DNA from: Candidatus Cloacimonadota bacterium
Lineage (GTDB): Bacteria; Cloacimonadota; Cloacimonadia; Cloacimonadales; WRIO01
Reading direction: 5' to 3'
Length of the DNA stretch: 64,000 nt
NCBI GenBank assembly: GCA_029564175.1
Contig: JAKQQL010000474.1
Span: 14,120-78,119, forward strand
The number at the start of each line of letters is the position of its first letter. Positions within the stretch are counted from its first letter, which is position 1. A program made the position numbers and the translations under genes. Of the stretch, positions 35,313 to 45,481 are shown piece by piece. The notes beneath the pieces are model-generated. The model was not told where the DNA came from. It searched no databases and saw only the letters and a program-made list of their open reading frames with translations.

Positions 35313-35825
35313 ATGTCAATTCGTGATGGTTTTATTTCATCTTCTGTGATGGAGGTGTTGTTGCGGCAACCGAAGGTGGATGTTTCGAAGGTGGAAGTTT
35401 CATCTGTTTTTCCCCCTGTTATTGATTTTCAATTTTACTGCACTGGTGCATCCAGAACTTCTAATTATTGTGTAGAGTGTAGTCATGATGGTATCAACTG
35501 GACAAACATCAGCGGAGACAAAACGAGTCTTGTTCCTCTGACGTGGGCCTGGGCGGGGACTGGTGGCTTCCCCGCGACTTCGGCTCGTTTTTGGAGGTTA
35601 AGGGTTAAAGGATCACCCGTTTTAGGCGGGACTTGGAAAACAGAACTACGATTGCTATTGGAAGATGGGAATGGCTATACGCCAACCTTGGCACAATTAT
35701 CAGAAGTAGGGATTACATATAACACTGGGTTCAATAAATCACATCTAGTGAATGGAAACTTGGACGAAAATGTGTTTTATACTGGAACAACCAATATGAC
35801 TATCACCATTGATTTAGAAGCATAA
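35313..35825 (+). CDS. Small discoidin/galactose-binding-like domain protein
   Basis: 170 aa. Strong SD AAAGGAGG. CVECSHDGINWTNISG...ARFWRLRVKG resembles the S-x-DG-x-x-W ... W-R pattern of F5/8C-like modules. GC above the phage background. Confidence 0.6.
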   Translation: MSIRDGFISSSVMEVLLRQPKVDVSKVEVSSVFPPVIDFQFYCTGASRTSNYCVECSHDGINWTNISGDKTSLVPLTWAWAGTGGFPATSARFWRLRVKGSPVLGGTWKTELRLLLEDGNGYTPTLAQLSEVGITYNTGFNKSHLVNGNLDENVFYTGTTNMTITIDLEA

Positions 35826-35904
35826 AGGGAGCGTGAAAACATGGCACGAGTTTCAAACGTTTCAACCACGGTTATCAGCGCCATCAAAAACTATTCATTC
35901 ATCT

Positions 35905-35943
35905 GATATAGGCATCAAATATTGGTGCCTATATCAATTTTTA
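35905..35943 (+). terminator. Rho-independent terminator closing the foreign cassette
   Basis: Perfect 10-bp stem GATATAGGCA (35905-35914) / TGCCTATATC (35926-35935), followed by AATTTTT. Confidence 0.65.
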
Positions 35944-35965
35944 ACAAAATGAAAGAAGTGATAAA

Positions 35966-38900
35966 ATGAATTTAAATGGATTAAAATTCTATGATCATTC
36001 ACCAGATAAATTGAATTCATTTTTACGTGAAAATTATTTACATGGGAAAAATATTGAACATGATATTCCCATTGTAGAAGATGATCCCTATAAGATAACG
36101 AGCGATACAGTTTTTCTTTTGAAGTTGAATAACACAAGAACAGATGAATGTGGAAATATTTGGACATTTTCTGTTCCACAAACATTTGCCGCAACCCCGT
36201 TGCCACCTATTAGTGGGATTACTCATGTATTAAATTATTCAACATTCAATAGTAGCTATGTTGAATGTACAAGTTTAGCAGGAAATGCTATTGGAACAGG
36301 TGATTTCACTGTTGATTTTTGGGCATATACTTCTGGCCAAACTCCGGATTTTTACCCTTTTACCTGTATTGGTCATTATAGTGGACCAAATCATAGTGGA
36401 TCATTAGTAAATAGATTTGGTTCAGTATTTTATTCTAATGGATATGGTCTTTGGTGTGAACGTACAAAAGCAAAAAATCTTAATCATTGGAGGATGTTGT
36501 CAGGATGGCATCATTATGCTATTGTCAGAAGATCAGGAGTCGGATATCTCTATAGAGATGGAATTGAACTAGAACAAATTGCTGATTATACTTTTTCGGC
36601 TTTATCTGGATTTTCGTTCGGAGCTTATTCAACCGATGTTCTTGAACCTGTTTTATTAAGTCATTATCGTCTTTCTAGAACAGCATTATGGAATGCCAAT
36701 TTTGTTCCTCCTGGCGTTAAGGTTCAAGGAAAAGAATATGCTCCTACTAAATTCGGAATGTCATATAGTGGCAGTTCAACTGCAAATGAAGTTTGGTGTG
36801 TTGAATATTCGGATGATAATCTAAATTGGTCTTTAGCTGCAGGAAGATTTAAACCAAATCAAGCTGGTTGGAATTACATAACATGTCCTAATTATGGGAA
36901 TAAGAAATACTGGAGATTTAGAGTGGAAACACAATCGAATGGTGAATATCTGAATGAGGTTTCAATTGGAAACGGACAGAAAAAACAACATGTGAATAAA
37001 AGAGGGCCATGGAAAGCTTTTAAGATTGTTGGTATGTCTCAATATCATACCACCAACAACTGTTATTATATTCAAAACGGAGAAACGCAATGGATAGAAA
37101 CCGCTGGTGGAACTACTCAATGCACAGGTGGAACTCCTTTTGCTTCTAGTAATGATAAATATGATCCAATTGCAAAAGCATTTGACTCATACATATCAAC
37201 GTATTGGTTAACACAAGCCTCAGCTTCACCATCAGAAATTACGGCAGGATATATTCTCTCAACACCAAAGAAACTTTATTCGATCAAGCTATACCCGAGG
37301 GGTAACTGCTCTTGTATGAATTGGAAAAATTTTAGTATTTATGGAAGTAATGATACAACAAACGGAACTGATGGGACGTGGTATTTATTATTAGATAATC
37401 AAACAACTTCATCGACAGTCGATGAATGGTCGGAACACATTATTCCTGATGTTATTATTCCTGATGTTATTGGCTTTACCTATTCTCTTTCAACAGACTG
37501 GATAACATCAAATATTTCTGGAACTCTAGCAAATCTAATAGATGGAACAACTGGAACAACACAGGCGGTTTGTCAAAATCAGCCCGTTAATACCCACATA
37601 ACATTTGATTTTTCTCAACAAATTTTTCCAACTGAAGCAACAATTACAGAATGGAGTAAACTGAAACACACGAACAAACTCAAATACTGGTGGCCATTGA
37701 ATGATAAACCAGACGAGGTTATGCAATATCTAAGGTGTCTGGTTCATGGGACTGTTCCATTTGATCAAGATTATGGTGCTCAATTTTCAAATGAAACCTG
37801 TATCACTACTGATATTTTAACGATGCCAACAAAACTAACACTTCTCTGGTGGATGAGACCAGATTCAACAATGTTCAATTCTGGCAATATTACCGATCCT
37901 ATTGGTGCACCATCTGGAAGTGCTACAACTGGTTATCATTGGGGCCCAAGGTATGAAGCAGCAGGAAATCTTGTTCAATTCAATGGTGGCACTTCATGGC
38001 CTACAAATTCATCCGAATTTAACACAACAAACTATCCTACAACTAGACTAACACTTTGTGCCTTGGTCTTGAATAGAAACGGGTCATCTTCGACAGTTTC
38101 ATACTATCGAGCTAATTCAACAAATACTGCTATGGTTCAAGTAGGATCAACTACTACTTACACTGATGCTACTCCTAGAACTCTCTTTTCTATTGGGATG
38201 TCAGAAAGACTAGCTGTAAATCTTGTAGATCAAGTTAAACATTTCAATGGATATATTAGAGATGTCAGAATTTATGAAAGAATTCTTTCCTTGGCCGACA
38301 TTGAACTGATACGAGCTGCTGGCCCAGTAAATGATTTCATTTCAGAAACAGAAGAACCATTAGATTCATATAAGTGTATTAAATTTCTTGGGACGTATAA
38401 TACAACTAATGATGGTTGTGGAATGAATGAAATTGAAATTCTTCCTGTAGTTGGTGGTACTGATCAGTGTGAAGGTGGAACTATTTTAAGTAGTGGAGAT
38501 TTACCAAATTATAGTAAAGAATTCACATTTGATGATTTGATAGGATCGCCAACACAAGTTTGGTATGGCCCGAATAGTGGAACTTCTGCCTGGATTGCAT
38601 ATAAAAAAGATGCCGGTATTATTCCAAAAGTTATAAGATTTTATGGTGAAAACTGGGGCGACCCAACAAGATACCAATTCAAGAATATGCAAATCCTTGG
38701 AAGTAATAACACGACGACTGGTTATGATGGAGATTGGGAAATACTTGGGAATACTGGTAAAGTATATCATCAAGAATGGAAGAATTACACTATTATTAAA
38801 AGAAAAACATTAGCATTTTCTTTTGATTCCTTTTTAATTCACAAATGGTTATTGACAAACAATGGTAATGATGCTATTGGTAATTGGAATTTTCCTAGGA

Positions 38901-39406
38901 ATTTTGTTAATAATGGAGCAGTCTCTTTTGGTAGTGATGGTGCTGTATTTAGTGGATCAAATTATTTAAATCTAGCTTCTATTACATTGCCAACAGCTTT
39001 TACAATTTGTGGATGGGTTAAAATTAATACATCTGCCACTTACAATAATATATTCGGATTAGTTGATTCTCGAGAAATGACTTATGCATTTGAAAATGGC
39101 GTTGCAAGACACCAATGTTGTGGCATTGAAGTTAATACGACAGGCACAATAACTCTTTCAAATTGGACATTTATAGCTATGGGAACTAATGGAACAAATT
39201 TAACATTTAAATTTTTCAATGGTTCATATTGGTCTTCAACTTCTGTTGGTGCAATAAGAACATATTCAAATTGGCAAGTTGGTCGAGGTTTTTGGGTTGC
39301 TAATGATTATTTAAGAGGAAATGTAAAAGACCTTCGAATATATTCATCTTGTCTTACATCAGACAACTTAATACAGATACTATTAGCTGGCCCAAGTTTA
39401 AATTAA
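35966..39406 (+). CDS. Multidomain adhesin with LamG-like and discoidin-like modules
   Basis: 1146 aa. LamG-type signatures GYIRDVRIYERILSLADIELI and GNVKDLRIYSSCLTSDNLIQIL (also SHYRLSRTALWNANF). Discoidin-like CVEYSDDNLNWS...KKYWRFRVE, IKLYPRGN...NFSIYGSNDTTNGTDGTWYLL and VIRFYGENWG...MQILGSNNTTTGYDGDWEIL. Confidence 0.75.
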   Translation: MNLNGLKFYDHSPDKLNSFLRENYLHGKNIEHDIPIVEDDPYKITSDTVFLLKLNNTRTDECGNIWTFSVPQTFAATPLPPISGITHVLNYSTFNSSYVECTSLAGNAIGTGDFTVDFWAYTSGQTPDFYPFTCIGHYSGPNHSGSLVNRFGSVFYSNGYGLWCERTKAKNLNHWRMLSGWHHYAIVRRSGVGYLYRDGIELEQIADYTFSALSGFSFGAYSTDVLEPVLLSHYRLSRTALWNANFVPPGVKVQGKEYAPTKFGMSYSGSSTANEVWCVEYSDDNLNWSLAAGRFKPNQAGWNYITCPNYGNKKYWRFRVETQSNGEYLNEVSIGNGQKKQHVNKRGPWKAFKIVGMSQYHTTNNCYYIQNGETQWIETAGGTTQCTGGTPFASSNDKYDPIAKAFDSYISTYWLTQASASPSEITAGYILSTPKKLYSIKLYPRGNCSCMNWKNFSIYGSNDTTNGTDGTWYLLLDNQTTSSTVDEWSEHIIPDVIIPDVIGFTYSLSTDWITSNISGTLANLIDGTTGTTQAVCQNQPVNTHITFDFSQQIFPTEATITEWSKLKHTNKLKYWWPLNDKPDEVMQYLRCLVHGTVPFDQDYGAQFSNETCITTDILTMPTKLTLLWWMRPDSTMFNSGNITDPIGAPSGSATTGYHWGPRYEAAGNLVQFNGGTSWPTNSSEFNTTNYPTTRLTLCALVLNRNGSSSTVSYYRANSTNTAMVQVGSTTTYTDATPRTLFSIGMSERLAVNLVDQVKHFNGYIRDVRIYERILSLADIELIRAAGPVNDFISETEEPLDSYKCIKFLGTYNTTNDGCGMNEIEILPVVGGTDQCEGGTILSSGDLPNYSKEFTFDDLIGSPTQVWYGPNSGTSAWIAYKKDAGIIPKVIRFYGENWGDPTRYQFKNMQILGSNNTTTGYDGDWEILGNTGKVYHQEWKNYTIIKRKTLAFSFDSFLIHKWLLTNNGNDAIGNWNFPRNFVNNGAVSFGSDGAVFSGSNYLNLASITLPTAFTICGWVKINTSATYNNIFGLVDSREMTYAFENGVARHQCCGIEVNTTGTITLSNWTFIAMGTNGTNLTFKFFNGSYWSSTSVGAIRTYSNWQVGRGFWVANDYLRGNVKDLRIYSSCLTSDNLIQILLAGPSLN

Positions 39407-39428
39407 TTATTAAGGTGGTATAATAAAA

Positions 39429-39869
39429 ATGTCAAGAATTTCAATTTCAAATATAAATATGATTGCTCCTGCAGGATCAACGGTAAACAAATCTATTGCA
39501 ACAAACAATAGTTCTGCTTTACAGTATATTGCTTCTAGTGATGGCCCCTCTTTGGATATTTCTGATGTTGTGAGTGGGTGTTTAAATATTGGATTTCAAT
39601 TTAGTGTCGCTCCTACTGCTGATTCAAAATTAACATTTTATGCTTTATATTCTAATGATGATGTCCATTATGACAATAGTGCAAATGTTGCCAATTTGGT
39701 GAAACTTGGAGAAATTGTTTTGGCTGCAAATACAAATCAAATTTATACAGTAATTCCTTTGGATGGTAAACTTTTTAATAAGAATATGAGATTGGTATTT
39801 ACGTGTAATGCTACTGCTGGCACGGGCGTTATTAATAGGTTAATTGCAACTCTTAAAAAATTGATTTAA
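39429..39869 (+). CDS. Hypothetical beta-rich protein in fibre module
   Basis: 146 aa, SD AAGGTGG. No motif recognised. Confidence 0.6.
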   Translation: MSRISISNINMIAPAGSTVNKSIATNNSSALQYIASSDGPSLDISDVVSGCLNIGFQFSVAPTADSKLTFYALYSNDDVHYDNSANVANLVKLGEIVLAANTNQIYTVIPLDGKLFNKNMRLVFTCNATAGTGVINRLIATLKKLI

Positions 39870-39881
39870 GGATATGGTATC

Positions 39882-40394
39882 ATGTCCAATGAAATTGCTT
39901 TCAGAACAGAAGTATTCTTTAATAGAGGATACAGTAATAAAATAGAATTTACAAAAGAAGAATTTGAACAATTATCTCAACAATATCCTGATGCTTTTAA
40001 ACCAATTGAATTACCACCAGAACAACCATCTATTGAAGTTTTAATAAATAGAAAAATGGAAGAGATTATGAGTGGTTTTCAAAATGAAATAGAAAATGTT
40101 GGTGTTATGACTTCACTTGGTATTAGAATGAAATTTAGAGAGGTTGACATATCAGCCGTTGATGGAATGGTAAGATATTCACAAAAGATTGGAATGGATA
40201 AATGTTTAATGATTGTAGATGCAGATGGAAAAGAATATCACAATCATTTTACATTACAAGAAGGGGAATTATTAAATATTGAAATGTTTACAGCTCAATT
40301 AAAGGCTTATCAAAAGTTGAAGGAAATTAAAAGTTTAATTGGTCAAATTCAACAAACTGGTGATATAAAAGAACTTAATAAAATAAAGTGGTAA
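39882..40394 (+). CDS. Hypothetical protein, possibly tail fibre assembly/chaperone-like
   Basis: 170 aa, last gene before a strong terminator at the end of the fibre block. The function is inferred from position only. Confidence 0.3.
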   Translation: MSNEIAFRTEVFFNRGYSNKIEFTKEEFEQLSQQYPDAFKPIELPPEQPSIEVLINRKMEEIMSGFQNEIENVGVMTSLGIRMKFREVDISAVDGMVRYSQKIGMDKCLMIVDADGKEYHNHFTLQEGELLNIEMFTAQLKAYQKLKEIKSLIGQIQQTGDIKELNKIKW

Positions 40395-40397
40395 TAG

Positions 40398-40428
40398 AAG
40401 ACGGCTCAATGAGCCGTCTTTTTATTTT
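40398..40428 (+). terminator. Rho-independent terminator
   Basis: Perfect 10-bp stem AAGACGGCTC / GAGCCGTCTT with loop AAT, followed by TTTATTTT. Confidence 0.8.
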
Positions 40429-40475
40429 ATAACTTAATAATAGAGATTCCGACATGAAAAGAGGAGAAATAATGA

Positions 40476-42617
40476 ATGTTATGGATTAGTCTATTTGTTG
40501 TTATTAGTATTGTGTTGTTTATCTTTCTAATTATTTTAAATGTGGGGAATATACAAAAGACCAATCATAAAATAGATGATTTAGAACAACTTGAAAAGAA
40601 AAAACTTGAAATGAAAGAATTAGAAGACCATCTTAAAAAATTAGCTGAAATCAATATATCTTACTCTAAAGAATTGGATACATTTACTGAATTTCATGAA
40701 ACCGTTTTAAAAAAATCATCTGATTTAGAGTTGCAATTCAAAACTCTTTTTAATAATTCTCCAATTGGAATATGCCGAGTGTCTATAAGTGGAAAATATA
40801 TTTACGCAAATTCTGCTTTAGCTAGAATGTTAGGCTATTTTGATGCCACTGAATTGACAAGTCTTGTTCAGAATACATCAGAACAAATATTTATGTTTCC
40901 AGATGAACGAAAAAGAGTTATTAAAAAACTTTCCATTAAACCTTATGAACCAGTTTTAATTGAACATGAATTAAAAAAGAAAAATGGAACTTCCATATTT
41001 ACAAGATGCAAGTATATGGGAGTATTAAATGAAAGAGAACAATTATCTTATATGGATGTTATAATAGAAGATATTTCTGATTTAAAGAAAAAAGAACAAG
41101 AGTTATATGATCAAAATGACATGATCATGGAATTATTAAAAGAACAACAAGAAATGAATGATCATTTAGACAAACAGGTTAAAGAGAGAACAAAAGAATT
41201 AGAGAAAAAGAGATATGAATTAGAAAAGATGAATCATGAATTATTAAAAATGAAAAATCTTTTTGAGAACATGTATAAGAAAGCTCCAATTGGATTATTT
41301 AGATCAAGTATTTCAACTGGCAAATTTCTTTCTTGCAATGATGCAACTGCTCATATATTTGATGTAAGAAATGCTGACGAATTTCTTAAAATAGTTAATG
41401 CTTTAGATATTTGGGGAAATAAAAAAAGAAGAGATGAATTAATAGAACATTTTAAAAATCTTCCTTCAATGACTACCTATAATCATATTGATTATTGCCA
41501 AACACCAATATCTAAAAAAGAAAGATATGTATCTGTTTCAGAACTTGCCAATTTTGATGATGATTATTTTGAAGGAGCATTTATTGATGTCACGGAAGAG
41601 TATTTAGCTAAAAAGAAACTGGAAGAAATGAATAAAAATTTAGCTAAAATTGTTAATGAAAGAACACACAATCTAATTGAACAATATGCTTATACTCAAC
41701 AATTAATATCAGAATTGGAAGAATCAAATAATCTTCTCAAAATAAAAACAAATAATCTTGAATTAAATCAATTAAAATTAAAATCTATCATAAAAACAAT
41801 TCCTGACAGTATTATTGTTTGCAAAATAAATGGTAAAATAACCGAATCATATAATATTCCAATGAATTTATTTCATGGGGATCCAATCGATTCAATTTTA
41901 TCTTTATTCAATTTAGATAATTCTTCTTATTTAATAAAATGTTTTGAAAAAATTATTCAAGAACATCATCCTGAAATTCAAAGTGGTATGATAAAAGAAT
42001 TATTTAATAATCAAATCAGTTGGTTTGAATATAATATTTTTAAAATGAATTCCGATCATGTTATTTTAGTTTTTAGAGATATTACTTCGAGAATGCAGAC
42101 AAAAACATTATTAGATTCAATATTACAGTCAACACAGATTCTTTTAACTAAGAAGCCTTTTGAATGTGCTTTGTATGAATCTCTTGAATGGTTTGGTAAA
42201 CTCAACAATGTTCAACGGGTATTTGTTTATAAAAATGAGGAAGATTCCTATATGAGTTCATTGGTATCAGAATATCATGAAGACCATCTTTTTGATTTAA
42301 ACAAAGATCAAAATAGACAATTGGATTATCTAAAAATGTCTAATGACCTTTCAATTTATAATCAATTAAAACAGGGGAAATGTGTTGAATTTATTATGAA
42401 AAATGAAGACCATGAAAAAATTCCAATAGTTGAGAGATTGAAACATAAAGGAGTTAAATCTATTTTATGTGTTCCTATTATTTTTCAATTGGATTTCTTA
42501 GGATATTTAGGAATTAGTGATTATGTATCAGATAGGATTTGGTCAGAGACTGAAAAACAAACATTATTGACATTTGCAACTAACATTGGTTTGATGATGG
42601 AAAAGGAGAATTTTTGA
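40476..42617 (+). CDS. Membrane-anchored PAS-PAS-PAS-GAF sensor-like protein without output domain
   Basis: 713 aa. N-terminal TM LWISLFVVISIVLFIFLIILNV. PAS-like starts FNNSPIGICRVSISGKYIYANSALARMLGY, YKKAPIGLFRSSISTGKFLSCNDATAHIF and IIKTIPDSIIVCKINGKITE, separated by coiled coils. GAF-like C-terminus (VQRVFVYKNEE...VKSILCVPIIFQLDFLGYLGISD...WSETEKQTLLTFATNIG). No H-box kinase, GGDEF, EAL or HTH seen. Confidence 0.65.
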   Translation: MLWISLFVVISIVLFIFLIILNVGNIQKTNHKIDDLEQLEKKKLEMKELEDHLKKLAEINISYSKELDTFTEFHETVLKKSSDLELQFKTLFNNSPIGICRVSISGKYIYANSALARMLGYFDATELTSLVQNTSEQIFMFPDERKRVIKKLSIKPYEPVLIEHELKKKNGTSIFTRCKYMGVLNEREQLSYMDVIIEDISDLKKKEQELYDQNDMIMELLKEQQEMNDHLDKQVKERTKELEKKRYELEKMNHELLKMKNLFENMYKKAPIGLFRSSISTGKFLSCNDATAHIFDVRNADEFLKIVNALDIWGNKKRRDELIEHFKNLPSMTTYNHIDYCQTPISKKERYVSVSELANFDDDYFEGAFIDVTEEYLAKKKLEEMNKNLAKIVNERTHNLIEQYAYTQQLISELEESNNLLKIKTNNLELNQLKLKSIIKTIPDSIIVCKINGKITESYNIPMNLFHGDPIDSILSLFNLDNSSYLIKCFEKIIQEHHPEIQSGMIKELFNNQISWFEYNIFKMNSDHVILVFRDITSRMQTKTLLDSILQSTQILLTKKPFECALYESLEWFGKLNNVQRVFVYKNEEDSYMSSLVSEYHEDHLFDLNKDQNRQLDYLKMSNDLSIYNQLKQGKCVEFIMKNEDHEKIPIVERLKHKGVKSILCVPIIFQLDFLGYLGISDYVSDRIWSETEKQTLLTFATNIGLMMEKENF

Positions 42618-43672
42618 TGAAATGTTGTAAACATCTAACAATTAGACAAAAATTATATTTTAGTTTGGTATTTACTTTTTTCATTTCATTCTTGTTAATC
42701 TTTGTTATTGGAAATCTTTATATTGAATTATCCTTTAAAGAATCTGATGAAAAATTACTTCAAAAAGAAATGAATTTGGCATCTCTTATCATTGGAAATT
42801 TTCAAGATAAAATTGATAGTTTTGTATATGATTATGCGCATTGGGAAGAAACATATAAATATACTTCTAATGATAATAAAGAATTTGTTAATAGGGAATT
42901 GTTAAATAATTTTACTATTTCATCAAATTATATTGACATATTACAAATCATTTCTGTGAATGGAGATATTCTTTTTCAATATGATTACACAATATTGAAA
43001 ACTGGAATACCAAAAGAATTCTTAACAGTTAATAAACAATTCATTAATAATAAAAACGATAGTTCTATTTCTGGATATTATTTTGTGGAATCAAGAAATG
43101 AAATGTATTATATTGTTTCATATCCAATTGTTTGCCCAAAACATAAAGAATATCCAACTAAAGCTAGTTTGGTTGGTATTGGTAAATTGAATTGGAATAA
43201 AATATTTCCAAGAGGCTTTTCACTTTTTGATTCAACAATTGATTTTCAATTTAAACCTCCATTTGATTTGAAACAAAACATGAAAATTCAAAATACACAA
43301 GGTCAATTATTTTCAGAATATATTTTAAAAGATGTTCAGGATAGACCCGTTGGTAAAATTCAATTAACAAAATCATTTGAAATCAAAAATACTTTAGATT
43401 CATTTTTTACCTTAATAATGTTTATTTTCTTAATAGTTTTTATTTTTTTTCTAACACTTCTTTTTTACTTTTTCATTTCCATTTTTAGGAAAATTAATCA
43501 GGTTTGTCTCATCATATATGAAATTAATAATATGGGATCATTAGATGAAATTGAAAATCTAAATATTCAAGAAAAACAATGTCAGTTCGACAATAAAAAT
43601 GAATTTGAATTTTTAGATTGCCAACTTTATAAAATGATTAATAAATATTTCAATAAGGGAAGACATATCTAA
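42617..43672 (+). CDS. Two-TM protein with CHASE4-like extracytoplasmic domain
   Basis: ATG overlaps the upstream TGA (TGATGA). TM1 LYFSLVFTFFISFLLIFVIGNLYI and TM2 FFTLIMFIFLIVFIFFLTLLFYFFISIF. DYAHWEETYKYTSNDNKEFVNRELL resembles the CHASE4 D-[YW]-[AS]-x-W-D-[DE]-T-Y motif (from memory). Short cytoplasmic tail only. Confidence 0.45.
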   Translation: MKCCKHLTIRQKLYFSLVFTFFISFLLIFVIGNLYIELSFKESDEKLLQKEMNLASLIIGNFQDKIDSFVYDYAHWEETYKYTSNDNKEFVNRELLNNFTISSNYIDILQIISVNGDILFQYDYTILKTGIPKEFLTVNKQFINNKNDSSISGYYFVESRNEMYYIVSYPIVCPKHKEYPTKASLVGIGKLNWNKIFPRGFSLFDSTIDFQFKPPFDLKQNMKIQNTQGQLFSEYILKDVQDRPVGKIQLTKSFEIKNTLDSFFTLIMFIFLIVFIFFLTLLFYFFISIFRKINQVCLIIYEINNMGSLDEIENLNIQEKQCQFDNKNEFEFLDCQLYKMINKYFNKGRHI

Positions 43673-43673
43673 A

Positions 43674-44465
43674 ATGAGCGATAGATTTTGGGAATTTTTA
43701 GAAACGGTTCTTAAAAAGGATAAGGATGTTTTTCTAGCGATAATCTTTTTGGCAATCCCCCTTGGTTTATTAGGTTTTGGGATTATTACACCTGATCATT
43801 TTTTCAGTTTAGAAAAACCAGTCATAATCTTTTTTATCATATCATTTATTCTAATACTATTCTTTTTCATTTTCGTTAGAATAAATAAAATTTTAAAAGT
43901 TGTTGGAGAAGGTTCATCATCAAGTCGAGCCTCATCACCTGAATATACACAAATTGTACAATTAATGACTGAAATCTCAAAATACTTAAATGATCGACAT
44001 GATGAAAATTTAAAATTGGTCACACAAATGATTCAAGTTCAACAGGCTCTTAAAAAGATGCCTAGTAAAAAACAAATCATTATGATGGTCGAATATGGAT
44101 TAATGACACTAACATTTAACCTAATAGAAACCTTAATAGCTTTTTCAAGACAAAATGTGAATCTTATACAAAATCAAAATACTCAACAAAATTTAATTCG
44201 AAAAGCAGAATTAGACATTAGTGATGCAAAAAATGAATTTTTAAAAATCATTAATGTTCATTTAAACAGGTTGGTATCACCTGAAATATATTCACAAATG
44301 GAATATGAATTAGATCAATATTTAACGGACACTGTTAGAATTATTTTACGTGATCAAGCAAATCTTGAAGATAAAATTATAAATATCAATCTTCTTGCAA
44401 GAACTCTCTCAAACAATATTTTAGGTTTAATTGCAAATAATTTGAAATGGCCTGACGAGGATTGA
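43674..44465 (+). CDS. Membrane protein (two N-terminal TM segments) with helical cytoplasmic domain
   Basis: 263 aa. FLAIIFLAIPLGLLGFGIIT and VIIFFIISFILILFFFIFV. 1-nt gap from the upstream stop. Confidence 0.55.
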   Translation: MSDRFWEFLETVLKKDKDVFLAIIFLAIPLGLLGFGIITPDHFFSLEKPVIIFFIISFILILFFFIFVRINKILKVVGEGSSSSRASSPEYTQIVQLMTEISKYLNDRHDENLKLVTQMIQVQQALKKMPSKKQIIMMVEYGLMTLTFNLIETLIAFSRQNVNLIQNQNTQQNLIRKAELDISDAKNEFLKIINVHLNRLVSPEIYSQMEYELDQYLTDTVRIILRDQANLEDKIININLLARTLSNNILGLIANNLKWPDED

Positions 44466-45481
44466 TGGTTATGACTTCGACAAATTTATTAATAATCTTG
44501 TGTGTTGTAATAATTGTTCTTTTAATTATTGGCTATAATTCCAATGAAGACAATAATTTTAACAAAAAGAAAAAGAACATTGAGGAAAAAAAGAAAAGAA
44601 AGGATGACCTCAATGTTATTAAGAACCTAACAAAAGAAATAGCTCAAAAGGATGAACAATCAACTCAATTAATTCAAGAATTTCTCAAAAGAGAAACTGC
44701 TTCAATCATAATGAGTGAAGAGAAAAATAGATTTTACGAATCAATTATGGATCACACATCTTCACCAATTTATGTTCAGGATATGAAAGGAAAATTTATT
44801 TTAATAAATAAAGCTTTTACAGAAATGTTTAAAATAAATAAATCAGAACTTGATCTACAAAAATATAACAATACTAATTTTCTAAATAGGCTTCTTACGG
44901 ATTTTGACATGCATGAAAATCTTTTGTCTGATGCTTTTGTATTTGATTATAAAGAACCAACTTCTTGTTTATTTCAATTGACAAATGGAAAGGTTATTAC
45001 CATTAAAAAAACCTATTATCAAAATTCTGTGATGGAATCTTTTCTAATTGGTATTATTAGTGATATTTCAGAACTACACAAAGAAAAGGAAGCTGTTTCT
45101 TATGAAAAGAATATGTTAGAACTGATTCTAGATTCATTACCATTACCAATTTTCGTGACAGATGAAAACCTCATTGTTCTTAAAGTTAATAAAACACTGT
45201 GTGAATTATTTGGAAAAGAAAAGTCTGATTTCATCAATACGAAATATTGTTGTAAAGATATGTTTCAGTGTGGCCAATGTAATCCTTGCCAAATTGATGA
45301 AAAACAAGAATTTTCTGAGAAGATATTTTTAAATGGTCAATTAATAGAACAAAAGAGATATGTTATTATTATTAGTAAAGCATTTTTATTGAATGAAAAC
45401 AAACATTTTGTAATTTCAATGTTTGATAAAAAACACGAGTATGGACTTTTTCAGAATTGCGGTGATTCAAACCATGATTAA
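44465..45481 (+). CDS. Membrane-anchored double-PAS protein with Cys cluster
   Basis: ATG overlaps the upstream TGA (an alternative ATG is at 44471). TM LLIILCVVIIVLLIIG. PAS-like FYESIMDHTSSPIYVQDMKGKFILINKAFTEMF and MLELILDSLPLPIFVTDENLIVLKVNKTLCELFG. Cys cluster KYCCKDMFQCGQCNPC. Confidence 0.6.
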   Translation: MVMTSTNLLIILCVVIIVLLIIGYNSNEDNNFNKKKKNIEEKKKRKDDLNVIKNLTKEIAQKDEQSTQLIQEFLKRETASIIMSEEKNRFYESIMDHTSSPIYVQDMKGKFILINKAFTEMFKINKSELDLQKYNNTNFLNRLLTDFDMHENLLSDAFVFDYKEPTSCLFQLTNGKVITIKKTYYQNSVMESFLIGIISDISELHKEKEAVSYEKNMLELILDSLPLPIFVTDENLIVLKVNKTLCELFGKEKSDFINTKYCCKDMFQCGQCNPCQIDEKQEFSEKIFLNGQLIEQKRYVIIISKAFLLNENKHFVISMFDKKHEYGLFQNCGDSNHD

